64,000 bases of DNA from the NCBI GenBank assembly GCA_050953065.1, contig JBMNLZ010000001.1:192001-256000 (forward strand). The letters run 5' to 3'. How positions within the stretch are numbered: position 1 is the stretch's first letter; the number at the start of each line of letters is the position of its first letter. This DNA is from Bacilli bacterium (lineage in GTDB: Bacteria; Bacillota_I; Bacilli_A; ML615J-28; CAG-698). The notes below the pieces were generated by a model that had not been told where the DNA came from, made no database searches, and worked only from the letters and a program-made list of their open reading frames with translations. A program made the position numbers and the translations under genes. Positions 39,103 to 49,174 of the stretch are shown here, piece by piece.

Positions 39103-41502
39103 TTATTCTGATAATGGAGTAAATTTAGCATATAATGTAACTCCACCAGTAACAGTATAAGGGAACGTTACCGCACTTTCTGGAGAGAAAGTACTGCTTC
39201 TAAACCATCCATCAAAAGTGTATCCAGCTTTAATAGGATCAGTTGGTTTAGCAAATTCAGCGCCTTCTTTAACACTATATTGTTCTGAAGTATCTTCATC
39301 AATTCTCAATGTAACTGTATAAGTAGGAATTTGAATTTTTTGTAAAGTAAACTTAGTAGTAGTTGAGAAATGAGCTTCCTTTGCTAAATTGAATGCTGGA
39401 TTATCATCAAGGTAACGAGCTAACCAAATAAACTCACCAGCTTCTAAAGTAACAACTGTAGTTAAATCAGTATATACTCCTTTAAGAGTTCCATCAGCTT
39501 TTGCTACAACTGCTAATCTAACTGCATTAGGACCACACGCTTGATTTATTTCAAATGAAATACTTTCAGGACCATCATTAAGAATTGCAGAACCTGCAGA
39601 ACTCCATGATGTACTAGCTGTAGTTGTCAACACTGAGAAATCAACAGTTCCACTCTTACCACTTACAACCACAACTGCATTAATTTGGAATAATACATCA
39701 GTTTTTACAGTATCACCTGCAGTATAAACTTTTGTCATAGTCCATCCATTCCAATGAGTTTCTTTAACATATGCAGATAAGTCATGATAGAATAAACCAC
39801 CTTCACCGCGATCTAACATACCAAAATTGATAGTAACTTCTTCAAATTTAGTAGTAACTGTTTTATGCGTTGCAACTAAAACAATTTCTTTAACTGAAAA
39901 TACATTCTTTAATAATTTTCCAGTTGTAACATCAAATACAGTTGCATCTTCACCATCTTTTAATGACCAAGTAACTGTGTTAGGCATTTCAATATCATCA
40001 GTGATTCTTGTTCCTAATGCTTCAATAGCTGCAAATATAACTTGGAAATCTGGATCATTTAATTTTTCAATTCTAGCAACTGCTGCTTCAAGTACAGCAT
40101 AATTACTTACTAAAGCTTTTTGATCTGCTGTCAACGCATTATATGCAGTTGTAGCAGTTTCAACATCAGTTTCATCAGCTAAACTAACTGGAACTGGCAA
40201 ATCAGAAATTAAATCTGCAACTGCATTTGCTGCTGCTAAATCTGCAGCATATTTTTCCATTACTTCTACCATTTTTTCTTCTGCTGCAACCAATGCATCT
40301 ACTTTAGCTTGAGCAACTAAAGATTTTTGCGAAACTGTTAGTGCATTATATGCTGCTCTTGCAGCTTTAACTTCATCATCATCTTCATAAGTTAAAGTTT
40401 CTACAGCAGGTAAAGCATCAATTAATGCAACTACTGCATCTGCTGCTACTTGATTTAATAATTGTTGAATATAAGCTTCAGTTATAACTAATGTATCTAC
40501 TTTATCTTGAGCAACTAAAGCTTTTTGTGAAGCTGTTAATGCTTCATACGCTGCTCTTGCTGCTTCAACTTCATCTTGTTCATCCAATGTTATTGTTTCA
40601 GGAAAAGCATCAATTAATGCTACTACTGCATCTGCTGCTGCTTGATCTAATAATTCTTGCAAATCTGCTTCTGCTGCAACTAATGCATCTACTTTAGCTT
40701 GAGCAACTAATTCTTTTTGTGAAGCTTTTAGTGCATTATATGCTGCTCTTGCCGCAGTAACTGCTGCTTCATCTGTTAAAGCAATTGTTGCTGGCAATGC
40801 ATCAATTAAAGCTACTACTGCATCTGCTGCTGCTTGATCTAATAATACTTGTAAATCTGCTTCTGCTGCAACTAATACATCTACTTTAGCTTGAGCTACT
40901 AATTCCTTTTGTGCATCTGTTAATGCATCATACGCTGCTCTTGCTGCAGTAATTGCTGCTTGATTATCTAAAGTTATTGTAGCAGGTAAAGCTTCAATTA
41001 AGTCTACTACTGTGTCAGCTGCTGCTTGATTAGCTGCCTCTTGATCTCCAGCAGCATCTTTTAAATCTTCTAAATCTTCTTCAGCATTTTCTAATTTTTG
41101 TCTTAAAGCATTACTAATTAGAATTTGTTGAGCTCTAGTTAATGCATCATATGCTGTTCTTGCTGCTACAATAGCATCCTCATCCTCTAAGGTAACAATA
41201 GCAGGCAAAGCATCAATAAGAGCAATTACTGGATTTGCTGCACCTTGATTAACTATAGTAGCTAATGCTCTTTCAGCATTTTCTAAATCTACATAATTCT
41301 TTACTAATTCCTTTTGGGCATCTGTTAATGCATCATATGCTGCTCTTGCTGCTACGATAGCATCTTCTGCTTCTAAAGTAACTGTTTCAGCAATTAAGTC
41401 AATTAAATCATCAACTTCTTTTGCTGCATCAGCATTTTTGTTACCACAGCCATATAGGCCTAGAACAAAAAACATTAAAATAACGATTAAAATTTTCTTC
41501 AT
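39103..41502 (-). CDS. Surface lipoprotein with seven ~64-aa Ala-rich helical repeats and a C-terminal InlB B-repeat-like domain
   Basis: Signal II with lipobox LYGC; repeats AAxxVxxLIxALP...AARAAYxAL; C-terminal PxKxGYTFDGW...TLYAKF. Confidence 0.88.
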   Translation of the reverse strand: MKKILIVILMFFVLGLYGCGNKNADAAKEVDDLIDLIAETVTLEAEDAIVAARAAYDALTDAQKELVKNYVDLENAERALATIVNQGAANPVIALIDALPAIVTLEDEDAIVAARTAYDALTRAQQILISNALRQKLENAEEDLEDLKDAAGDQEAANQAAADTVVDLIEALPATITLDNQAAITAARAAYDALTDAQKELVAQAKVDVLVAAEADLQVLLDQAAADAVVALIDALPATIALTDEAAVTAARAAYNALKASQKELVAQAKVDALVAAEADLQELLDQAAADAVVALIDAFPETITLDEQDEVEAARAAYEALTASQKALVAQDKVDTLVITEAYIQQLLNQVAADAVVALIDALPAVETLTYEDDDEVKAARAAYNALTVSQKSLVAQAKVDALVAAEEKMVEVMEKYAADLAAANAVADLISDLPVPVSLADETDVETATTAYNALTADQKALVSNYAVLEAAVARIEKLNDPDFQVIFAAIEALGTRITDDIEMPNTVTWSLKDGEDATVFDVTTGKLLKNVFSVKEIVLVATHKTVTTKFEEVTINFGMLDRGEGGLFYHDLSAYVKETHWNGWTMTKVYTAGDTVKTDVLFQINAVVVVSGKSGTVDFSVLTTTASTSWSSAGSAILNDGPESISFEINQACGPNAVRLAVVAKADGTLKGVYTDLTTVVTLEAGEFIWLARYLDDNPAFNLAKEAHFSTTTKFTLQKIQIPTYTVTLRIDEDTSEQYSVKEGAEFAKPTDPIKAGYTFDGWFRSSTFSPESAVTFPYTVTGGVTLYAKFTPLSE
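40240..41010. repeat. Intragenic tandem repeat, 192-bp period
   Basis: ACTACTGCATCTGCTGC recurs at about 40430, 40622 and 40814, and CATCTACTTTAGCTTGAGC also recurs. Confidence 0.85.
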
Positions 41503-41534
41503 TTTTTAGTCTCCTTTTCACCTAAATTTACTTA

Positions 41535-41563
41535 ATTATACCATAAAAATACAAATCATTCAA
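41535..41563 (-). promoter_or_regulatory. SigA-type promoter of the lipoprotein gene
   Basis: TTGAAT-17-TATAAT with extended TG. Confidence 0.75.
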
Positions 41564-41574
41564 CAATAACTTAT

Positions 41575-41612
41575 AAAAAAATAAAACGCAATAAAAATAT
41601 TGCGTTTGTTTT
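41575..41612 (-). terminator. Terminator of the rubrerythrin gene
   Basis: AAACGCAATA/TATTGCGTTT stem with flanking A/T runs. Confidence 0.75.
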
Positions 41613-41613
41613 T

Positions 41614-42147
41614 TTAATAATTAGTACATTTTAATTCAAAATAGGCTCTAGGATGTGCACAAACAGGACATACTAAAGGTGCTTCTTCCCCAGTGTGGAT
41701 GTGCCCACAGTTTCTACAGAACCAAACAACTTTAGATGTTTTTGCAAATACACTACCATCATTTATATTTTCTAACAATTTAAGATATCTAGCTTCATGT
41801 GTTTTTTCAACAGCTGCTACTCCTCTAAACTGACTAGCAATTTTTACAAAACCTTCTTCTTCAGCTACTTTAGCAAATTCTGCATACATTTTAGTCCATT
41901 CATAGTTTTCGCCTTCAGCCGCTTTTTTTAAATTTGCCTTTGTATCTCCTAATTCCTGTAATGCTTTAAACCAAAGTTTTGCATGTTCCTTTTCATGTAA
42001 AGATGTTTCCATAAAAATGGCAGCAATTTGTTCATATCCCTCTTTTTTTGCAACACTTGCGAAATAATCATACTTATTTCTAGCTTCTGATTCACCACTA
42101 AATGCGGTCCATAAATTTTTTTCTGTTTTACTTCCTTTAAATTCCAT
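41614..42147 (-). CDS. rbr: Rubrerythrin
   Basis: [17 protein letters not shown] and EKTHE diiron motifs; CRNC...CPVC rubredoxin domain. Confidence 0.95.
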   Translation of the reverse strand: MEFKGSKTEKNLWTAFSGESEARNKYDYFASVAKKEGYEQIAAIFMETSLHEKEHAKLWFKALQELGDTKANLKKAAEGENYEWTKMYAEFAKVAEEEGFVKIASQFRGVAAVEKTHEARYLKLLENINDGSVFAKTSKVVWFCRNCGHIHTGEEAPLVCPVCAHPRAYFELKCTNY

Positions 42148-42216
42148 AAAATACCTCCATTTTTTATTTTACTATAACTATTTTTTTTAGTCAAGGAATA
42201 TACATTTTGATTATTT

Positions 42217-42254
42217 TATAAAAAACATATCTTAAAAAAGATATGCTTTTTATA
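42217..42254 (-). terminator. Terminator of gap
   Basis: GCATATCTT/AAGATATGT stem plus a T-run on the minus strand. Confidence 0.75.
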
Positions 42255-42258
42255 GAAA

Positions 42259-43272
42259 CTATTTTACTTGACCAGCAATAAATTTTGCAGTTCTGATTAA
42301 TTGAGCTGTATAACTCATTTCATTATCATACCACATAATTACTTTTGCAAGTTGTTTTCCATCAACTTCCATAACTTTAGTACATGCAGCATCAAACAAT
42401 GCACCTTCAGTGATACCAATAACATCAGTTGATACGATTGGATCTTCAGTATAACCTAAAGTTTCATTAGCAGCAGCTTTGATAGCAGCATTAATTTCTT
42501 CAGCAGTTACTTTCTTAGCAGGTTCAAAAACTAAATCCACAACAGAACCTGTAATTGTAGGAACTCTTAAAGCCATTCCATCTAATTTTCCTCTTAATTC
42601 TGGTAATACTTGACCAACTGCAACCGCAGCACCAGTAGTTGTAGGAACTATATTAGCAGCAGCAGCTCTAGTTCTACGAGAATGAATTCCCGCTCTATGA
42701 GGACCATCTAAAGTATTTTGATCATTAGTATAAGCATGAACAGTTGTCATCAAACCTTTAATGATTCCAAATTTATCATTAAGTACTTTAGCAACAGGCG
42801 CTAAACAATTCGTAGTACATGATGCTCCAGAAACTACTGTTTCTGACCCATCTAAAGTCTTATGATTAACATTATAAACGATTGTTTTAATATCACCTTT
42901 TCCAGGAGCAGAAATAATTACTTTTTTAGCTCCTGCAGCGATATGTGCTTCTGCAGCTTCTTTCTTAGTAAAGAAACCAGTACATTCAAGTACAACATCA
43001 ACACCTAATTCTTTCCAAGGTAAGAAGTTAGGATCTTTTTGAGCATAAACATTAATTTCTTTTCCATCAACAATGATAGCTCCTTCTTTTGAACTAATTG
43101 AATCTGCTTTATATCTTCCTTGAGCAGAGTCATACTTTAATAAGTACGCTAAATCTTCAGCCCCAGTTAAATCATTTAAGGCAACGATATCAAAATCTTT
43201 ATCCCCAAACATTAATCTAAAAGCTAATCTTCCAATACGACCAAAACCATTAATTGCAATTTTTACAGCCAT
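42259..43272 (-). CDS. gap: Glyceraldehyde-3-phosphate dehydrogenase (type I, probably NAD-dependent)
   Basis: [16 protein letters not shown] and WYDNE motifs; NDL Asp is typical of NAD specificity. Confidence 0.98.
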   Translation of the reverse strand: MAVKIAINGFGRIGRLAFRLMFGDKDFDIVALNDLTGAEDLAYLLKYDSAQGRYKADSISSKEGAIIVDGKEINVYAQKDPNFLPWKELGVDVVLECTGFFTKKEAAEAHIAAGAKKVIISAPGKGDIKTIVYNVNHKTLDGSETVVSGASCTTNCLAPVAKVLNDKFGIIKGLMTTVHAYTNDQNTLDGPHRAGIHSRRTRAAAANIVPTTTGAAVAVGQVLPELRGKLDGMALRVPTITGSVVDLVFEPAKKVTAEEINAAIKAAANETLGYTEDPIVSTDVIGITEGALFDAACTKVMEVDGKQLAKVIMWYDNEMSYTAQLIRTAKFIAGQVK

Positions 43273-43313
43273 TTTTTATTTTCCTCCTTTAATGAACTAT
43301 AAATTTCATATAT

Positions 43314-43342
43314 ATATTACCACTTTGTGGTCTTATATTCAA
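43314..43342 (-). promoter_or_regulatory. SigA-type promoter of gap
   Basis: TTGAAT-17-TAATAT with extended TG. Confidence 0.7.
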
Positions 43343-43365
43343 TTATTTTTATTTGTAAAACGTTA

Positions 43366-43800
43366 TCAGTTTTTTACGACCAAACTTTCTAAAGCTTCTT
43401 TATAACTTGCGAATCCTTTTCCAAAAAATCTAAAATTAACAACTCCTTCTAAAACAGATGTTTTACGGAAATCATCTCTTTTAGAAATATCAGACAAATG
43501 AACTTCAATCGTTTTAATATTTACAGAAGCAATTGCATCTCTAATACTATACGAGTAATGTGTAAAAGCTCCCGGATTTATGATGATTCCATCAACTTTA
43601 TCAAAATAAGCTTTTTGAATCTTATCAACAATAACTCCTTCATGATTTGATTGAAAAATTTCAATTTCTGAAATATTTAATTTTTTAGAAATATCTTGAA
43701 TATATTGTTCTAAGTCTTTATACGTTTTACTGCCATAAATTTCTGGTTCTCTAATACCAAGCATATTTAAATTTGGACCGTTTATAACTAAAATTTTCAT
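43366..43800 (-). CDS. aroQ: Type II 3-dehydroquinate dehydratase
   Basis: INGPNLNMLGIREPEIYG, QSNHEG, NPGAFTH and EVHLS motifs. Confidence 0.96.
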   Translation of the reverse strand: MKILVINGPNLNMLGIREPEIYGSKTYKDLEQYIQDISKKLNISEIEIFQSNHEGVIVDKIQKAYFDKVDGIIINPGAFTHYSYSIRDAIASVNIKTIEVHLSDISKRDDFRKTSVLEGVVNFRFFGKGFASYKEALESLVVKN

Positions 43801-43825
43801 ATACCACCTTTAAATAGTAAACATT

Positions 43826-43855
43826 TAAAAAGTCTTGTTTAAGCAAGACTTTTTA
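43826..43855 (-). terminator. Terminator after the YccA-family gene
   Basis: TAAAAAGTCTTG/CAAGACTTTTTA stem. Confidence 0.75.
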
Positions 43856-43863
43856 ATAACTTT

Positions 43864-44613
43864 TTAATCACGACGCGATAAAATAATAAAAAGCAATCTT
43901 AACACTTGAAGATACAACCAAATTGTTGTAAATACTAAACCGAAAGCTGCAAACCATTCCATTTGTTTTGGATAGCCACCTTCTACAATCTCACGTATTT
44001 GTTCTAAGTCCCAAAACAAATATAAACTTGCTAGAAAAATAAAAATTGAACTAATTAAAACTATTAAGAATATGTTATCACTATTAAAAATATTTAGAAG
44101 TGATGGAGCAATCCATGAAATCAAGAATAACAACAGCCATAAAAATAAAACGCTAAAAGCAAAGATAGATAAAAATCTTATAAACTTTCCATTAACCTTT
44201 ACAATTCCAGTAGTATATAAAGTAGCAACAACCATTAAAACAGATAAAGTTCCTAAAACTGCAGCTAAAGCAACCCCCGGAACAAACGCCTCAAAAAATA
44301 ATGAAACAGTTCCTACAAGAATTCCTTCTAATATACAATAAATTATACCGGTTGTTTTAACCATTCTAACAGATAGCATTGAAATAAACGCTGTAAAAAA
44401 AGTGCCTACTACAGATATTCCCAACATGATAGCTAACATTTCAAAGTTAGTTTGAAGCAAATAAAAACTTACAAATACCCCCAACAATAAAAATGCTAAA
44501 TAAATAAACAACTTAGAAGACACACCTTTATAAGTCGCAACCTCAACTGCTTCTTGATCTTCAACAACACTCAAGCCTTTTTTATAAACAATATTTTCAT
44601 TATAAACACGCAT
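43864..44613 (-). CDS. Bax inhibitor-1/YccA-family membrane protein
   Basis: 7 TM helices; EG..VG..S and EWFAAFGLVFTTIWLYLQVLRL motifs. ATG 44613 follows GAGGTGA; own TTGAAA-17-TATACT promoter. Confidence 0.85.
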   Translation of the reverse strand: MRVYNENIVYKKGLSVVEDQEAVEVATYKGVSSKLFIYLAFLLLGVFVSFYLLQTNFEMLAIMLGISVVGTFFTAFISMLSVRMVKTTGIIYCILEGILVGTVSLFFEAFVPGVALAAVLGTLSVLMVVATLYTTGIVKVNGKFIRFLSIFAFSVLFLWLLLFLISWIAPSLLNIFNSDNIFLIVLISSIFIFLASLYLFWDLEQIREIVEGGYPKQMEWFAAFGLVFTTIWLYLQVLRLLFIILSRRD

Positions 44614-44663
44614 TTTTATCACCTCACTTGTAATAGTATAACATAAAAACTAAAATTTTTCAA

Positions 44664-47600
44664 TTAAAATAAAGTTATTTTATCATCATCTGGTAAATCT
44701 TTAAATACTCCTAAAATATCCATGCGTTCAAACAAAGTAGAAGTTATTTTTGTTCGTAACTGAATATCTCTTTTTGATAAAAACATTTTTTCTTTTCTAG
44801 CCATAACTATTGTTTCTGCAATCGATTCACCCAACCCATCAAATGATGTAAAAGGCAAAATTAATCCTTTTTTATCTTCAGTTATCAATAAATCCTTTAT
44901 ATTTGATTTATATATATCCACTTGTTCAAATCTAAAACCTCTTGAAACCATTTCATTAGCAACTATTAAACTATCGAGCAAGTCAATGTCATTTTGTTTA
45001 GCTTCATTCTTACTAATAAGTTCTTTTATTTGATTAATTTTTTCTACAATGGCATCTTTCCCTTTAACAAATATTTCAGCATCGAACTTTTTAGCTCTTG
45101 TAGTAAAGTATTTAGCATAATAAACAATCGGTTTATACACTTTAAACCAAGCAATTCTTAAACACATAATAACATAGGCTGTAGCATGAGCTTTTGGAAA
45201 CAAGTACTTAATAGCTTTACAACTATCAATAAACCATTTTGGAACATCTTGTGCAATCATTAAACTTTGATTGCTATCAGATATTCCTTGTCCTTTACGA
45301 ACAGTTTCCATAATTCTAAACGCATCTTTTTGTTTAATACCTTTGCTTATCAAATAAATCATTATGTCATCTCGACATCCAATCAATTCATCAAAAGGAA
45401 TTGGTGGAACACCTTCTTTGTTACCTAACATGTACTCTCTTAAATTTCCTCGCCAAACATCAGTACCATGACTCAACCCTGAAATTTTTATTAAATCTCC
45501 AAGTTTAGTAGGTCTAATTTCTGAAAGAATTTCTTTAGTAAGTGTAGTACCAAACTCAGGTAAACCAGTAGTTCCAACCACTTCTCCTAAAACATCTATA
45601 CTATCAAGTCCAAGAGCATCTAAACTATTAAATAAACTTAAAACTTTTGGATCTGCTAAAGGAATATCCTCTACTTTATTAAAATTAAATTCATTTGGAT
45701 TTTCATAAACATAATCCATTAAATGTTTAATCATAGTAGGATCATCCTGACCTAAAATATCTAATTTAAGCAAATTTTGTTCATAACTATGATAAGGAAA
45801 ATGCGTAATTAACCACTTAGAATCTAATTTATCTGATGGATACTGTATCGGACTAATTTCATTAATAGTAATATTAGAAGGAACTACAACAACTCCCCCA
45901 GGATGTTGTCCTGTTGTTCTTTTAACATCCATTATTTTTTCAGACATTATGTCAATTTCTACTCTTCTTCTAGTTAATTTTTTTCTTTCCAAGTATCCTC
46001 TTGAATATCCATAAGCAGTTTCTTTTTGAACAGTTTGAATAGTTCCGGCTTTAAAGGTATTATTTTCTCCTAATAAAGTCCTGCAAAACATTTGAGCTTG
46101 ATCTTGAAATTCACTTGAAAAGTTTAAATCTATGTCAGGGATTTTGGCTGCAGTAGCTAAACCTAAAAAAGTTTCAAAAGGAATATCAACTCCATCTTTT
46201 TGTAAAGGCGAATCACAAACAGGGCAATTTGCATCTGGCAAATCATAACCTGTTTTAGTTTCATCTAAATCTTTTTCAAATAAATAATAATGCTCACTAT
46301 TAATATACTTTTCTTTTTCAAAACTAGTCATTTTAAAAGCACTAAAGTAACAATCTGCACAATAATAATGTGGTGGCAAAGGATTAACTTCAGTAATCCC
46401 CATTAATTTAGCAACCAAACTTGATCCTACAGATCCTCTACTACCAACAACATATCCTGCTTCTATTGAATTTCTAACTAGTAAATATGATATGTAATAA
46501 ATTGAAGCATAACCGTTATTAATAATGTTTTTTAATTCATCTTTTAAGCGGTCATCTATATATTCAGGTAAAGGATTCCCATAAAGACTATAAGCTTTAT
46601 CATATGTCATTTCTCTTACCGCTTCTTTAAAAGATGGTAAATCTTGATTTTTTAAATAATCATCTTGTGGTGCATATAACTCATTTGGAAACAAATCAAA
46701 TTCTTCTATTTGATCAGCAATAATATTCGTATTAGTAACAACAATCTCGTATGCTAAGTCTTTACCTAAAAAACTAAATTCCTCAAGCATCTCATTTGTT
46801 GTCATAAAATGTTGAGAAGGAATATTTGTTATATCCGCAAGAGGATGGGTTCCACCACCTACTTGTGGGCTATAAACAAATACTTCTCTAAATTCTTTAT
46901 CTTCTTTATGTAAATGATGAACATCACCAGTTGCTACTACTATAACATTCTTTTCTTTACCTGCTTTTATAATCTTTTTTATGGTAGTTTTAATGTCTTC
47001 TTTAGTTTCTTCATACCCACTTCTTTCAATAAAGTGGCTATAAACACTTGGTGGTTGAACTTCTAGATAATCATAATATTCAACAATATCTAATAGTTCT
47101 TCATAGCTTTTTCGATACGCTGTATCAAAAACTTCTCCCAAATAACAAGACGATCCAACAAGCAAATTCTTTCTTTTATTATTTAAAACACTTTTTAAAA
47201 ATCTCGGCTCTTTATAAATATAATTTACATAAGCCTCACTTATCAAACTATATAAATCTACTTTCCCCTGATAATTTTTACAAAGCAAAGTAATATGGTC
47301 AGGATGAATTTTTTGATAAGATTCATCATTTATTAAATGCATATTAATATCGTTTAGGTTATTAATCCCATCTCTTAATAAATCATTTAGTATTCTTCTA
47401 AATATATGTGCAGTTGCTTCAGCATCAAAAATAGCTCTATGATGTTTTTCTAAAGCATAATCAAAAAATTTAGCTACTCTTTCCAAACCAAAAGTTTTTA
47501 ACTTATCTGAATATCTTGCTTTTGTTAACTCTAAGGTATCAATCGTTGGAAATTCCCCATCATATAATCCTAAAGTTTTTAAAGCAGCATATATAAAGGA

Positions 47601-49163
47601 ATTATCAAAACTAGCATTATGAGCAACTAATATTGCACCTTCACAAAATTTTTTAAATTTAGGTACAATAACTTCCATTCTCTCTGCATTTCTAACAGTA
47701 TCATTACTAATATTAGTTAATTCTTCTATTTTCTTATTAATCTTTTTATTTGGTTTTATATATTCAGAAAACCTATCTATTTCTACACCATTTTGTAGTT
47801 TTATAGCGCCTATTTCAATTATTTCATCATAATTAGAAGACAACCCTGTTGTTTCAATATCATAAACAACATAAATACTAGTCGCTAAATCTAAAGAATC
47901 CTCTGCATATGTTATTCGATAATTTAAATCATCCACAAAAGAAGCCTCAATTCCATAAATCGGCTTTATTTTGTTTTCTCTTGCTAATTTATCAAATTCT
48001 GGAAAAACATGTACATTATTATGATCAGTAATTGCTAAAGCACTATGTCCGTATTTTTTAGCAGTTTCAACATATTTTTTTACTTCCAAAACTGAATCTA
48101 ATATAGACATTTTTGTATGAGCATGTAATTCAACTCTTTTTTCTAAAGCACTATCATCATAACTTAACTTATTAGAATTCCCTAAATCTTCCATTTTTTT
48201 AATTCTTAGATTTATATCTTTACTAAATCTGGAATCATATTCTAAGAAACCTAGAACCTTTACTCTTTTACCTACAACAAATTTGTCTTTGTAATATTTA
48301 AATTCTTTATTCTCAGCATTCAAAAATCTTTTAGCAGAAACAAATCTTTTACCATCGCCTATCACTGCCTCATATAAAAAGCAGTCTTTTTTTTCTAATA
48401 ATTCTGCTTTAATTATTTCACCTTCAATAACACAATCCTTAGTTTTTTTTATATCATTATAGTCTTTCAACTCATTTTCATCAGCTGGTAATTGATCAAA
48501 AGCAATTATATCTCCTGAAATTCTATCTTTATATATCCTTGGGAAACCAGCTTTTTCTTGAGCAACTTTTTCAGAAATTGCCATTTTTTGATCAAATATA
48601 TTTTGTTGACTTATTAAGTTAGCCGTTTGAATTTTATCAACTTCTTGAATTCTTTGTTTTTGTGGAATTTCAAAATTACTTTTTATGATTTCTATAGTAC
48701 AATCAATATCATATAGAATCATTTTTTGCTTAACTTCATCAATTAATTCTTCCACCATGACATAATCATTACTGTCGCCTACAAAAATTTTAATCTCTTG
48801 ATCAGTAAACGCAGTATTAAAAACATTTAAAGCAGAAAATCTTGATTTCGATTCACTTAACTCTTCTAAAATATACCTGTAATAATTTTCTAAATTTTTA
48901 CTATCTATAACCTTTTTTTTGTATTTTAATCGTATTTCAAAATTATATTTTGTTTTAGAAAAATAATTTTTGGATGCAACTATTAATTTTTCAAAAGTTT
49001 CAATTTTTAAAACTTGTGGAAATTCAAACTCTAACTCAGCATGATTATTATCTTTGTCCATTTTTAATGTTGCATGACCTTCAAGCAAGTCATTTGTAGG
49101 AGTTAGAGAAATAGTTTCTAACAATTTTAAAAATTTTTTATTATTTTCTTTCAAAATTAGCAT
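44664..49163 (-). CDS. polC: DNA polymerase III PolC
   Basis: PHP (ELHAHTKMS, TDH), DEDD exonuclease (DIETTG, HNASFD, HRAIFDA), GSRGSVGSS, PDIDLNF and FPKAHA motifs. True start may be TTG at 49154. Confidence 0.98.
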   Translation of the reverse strand: MLILKENNKKFLKLLETISLTPTNDLLEGHATLKMDKDNNHAELEFEFPQVLKIETFEKLIVASKNYFSKTKYNFEIRLKYKKKVIDSKNLENYYRYILEELSESKSRFSALNVFNTAFTDQEIKIFVGDSNDYVMVEELIDEVKQKMILYDIDCTIEIIKSNFEIPQKQRIQEVDKIQTANLISQQNIFDQKMAISEKVAQEKAGFPRIYKDRISGDIIAFDQLPADENELKDYNDIKKTKDCVIEGEIIKAELLEKKDCFLYEAVIGDGKRFVSAKRFLNAENKEFKYYKDKFVVGKRVKVLGFLEYDSRFSKDINLRIKKMEDLGNSNKLSYDDSALEKRVELHAHTKMSILDSVLEVKKYVETAKKYGHSALAITDHNNVHVFPEFDKLARENKIKPIYGIEASFVDDLNYRITYAEDSLDLATSIYVVYDIETTGLSSNYDEIIEIGAIKLQNGVEIDRFSEYIKPNKKINKKIEELTNISNDTVRNAERMEVIVPKFKKFCEGAILVAHNASFDNSFIYAALKTLGLYDGEFPTIDTLELTKARYSDKLKTFGLERVAKFFDYALEKHHRAIFDAEATAHIFRRILNDLLRDGINNLNDINMHLINDESYQKIHPDHITLLCKNYQGKVDLYSLISEAYVNYIYKEPRFLKSVLNNKRKNLLVGSSCYLGEVFDTAYRKSYEELLDIVEYYDYLEVQPPSVYSHFIERSGYEETKEDIKTTIKKIIKAGKEKNVIVVATGDVHHLHKEDKEFREVFVYSPQVGGGTHPLADITNIPSQHFMTTNEMLEEFSFLGKDLAYEIVVTNTNIIADQIEEFDLFPNELYAPQDDYLKNQDLPSFKEAVREMTYDKAYSLYGNPLPEYIDDRLKDELKNIINNGYASIYYISYLLVRNSIEAGYVVGSRGSVGSSLVAKLMGITEVNPLPPHYYCADCYFSAFKMTSFEKEKYINSEHYYLFEKDLDETKTGYDLPDANCPVCDSPLQKDGVDIPFETFLGLATAAKIPDIDLNFSSEFQDQAQMFCRTLLGENNTFKAGTIQTVQKETAYGYSRGYLERKKLTRRRVEIDIMSEKIMDVKRTTGQHPGGVVVVPSNITINEISPIQYPSDKLDSKWLITHFPYHSYEQNLLKLDILGQDDPTMIKHLMDYVYENPNEFNFNKVEDIPLADPKVLSLFNSLDALGLDSIDVLGEVVGTTGLPEFGTTLTKEILSEIRPTKLGDLIKISGLSHGTDVWRGNLREYMLGNKEGVPPIPFDELIGCRDDIMIYLISKGIKQKDAFRIMETVRKGQGISDSNQSLMIAQDVPKWFIDSCKAIKYLFPKAHATAYVIMCLRIAWFKVYKPIVYYAKYFTTRAKKFDAEIFVKGKDAIVEKINQIKELISKNEAKQNDIDLLDSLIVANEMVSRGFRFEQVDIYKSNIKDLLITEDKKGLILPFTSFDGLGESIAETIVMARKEKMFLSKRDIQLRTKITSTLFERMDILGVFKDLPDDDKITLF

Positions 49164-49174
49164 CTCCTATCTTT

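Noticed and set aside
40240-41010. Periodic repeats as a CRISPR array
   Set aside because: They are in-frame 192-bp coding repeats with no unique spacers and no cas genes.
44664-49163. Intein or intron in the 1499-aa PolC
   Set aside because: No splice-junction or homing-endonuclease motifs; small indels explain the length.
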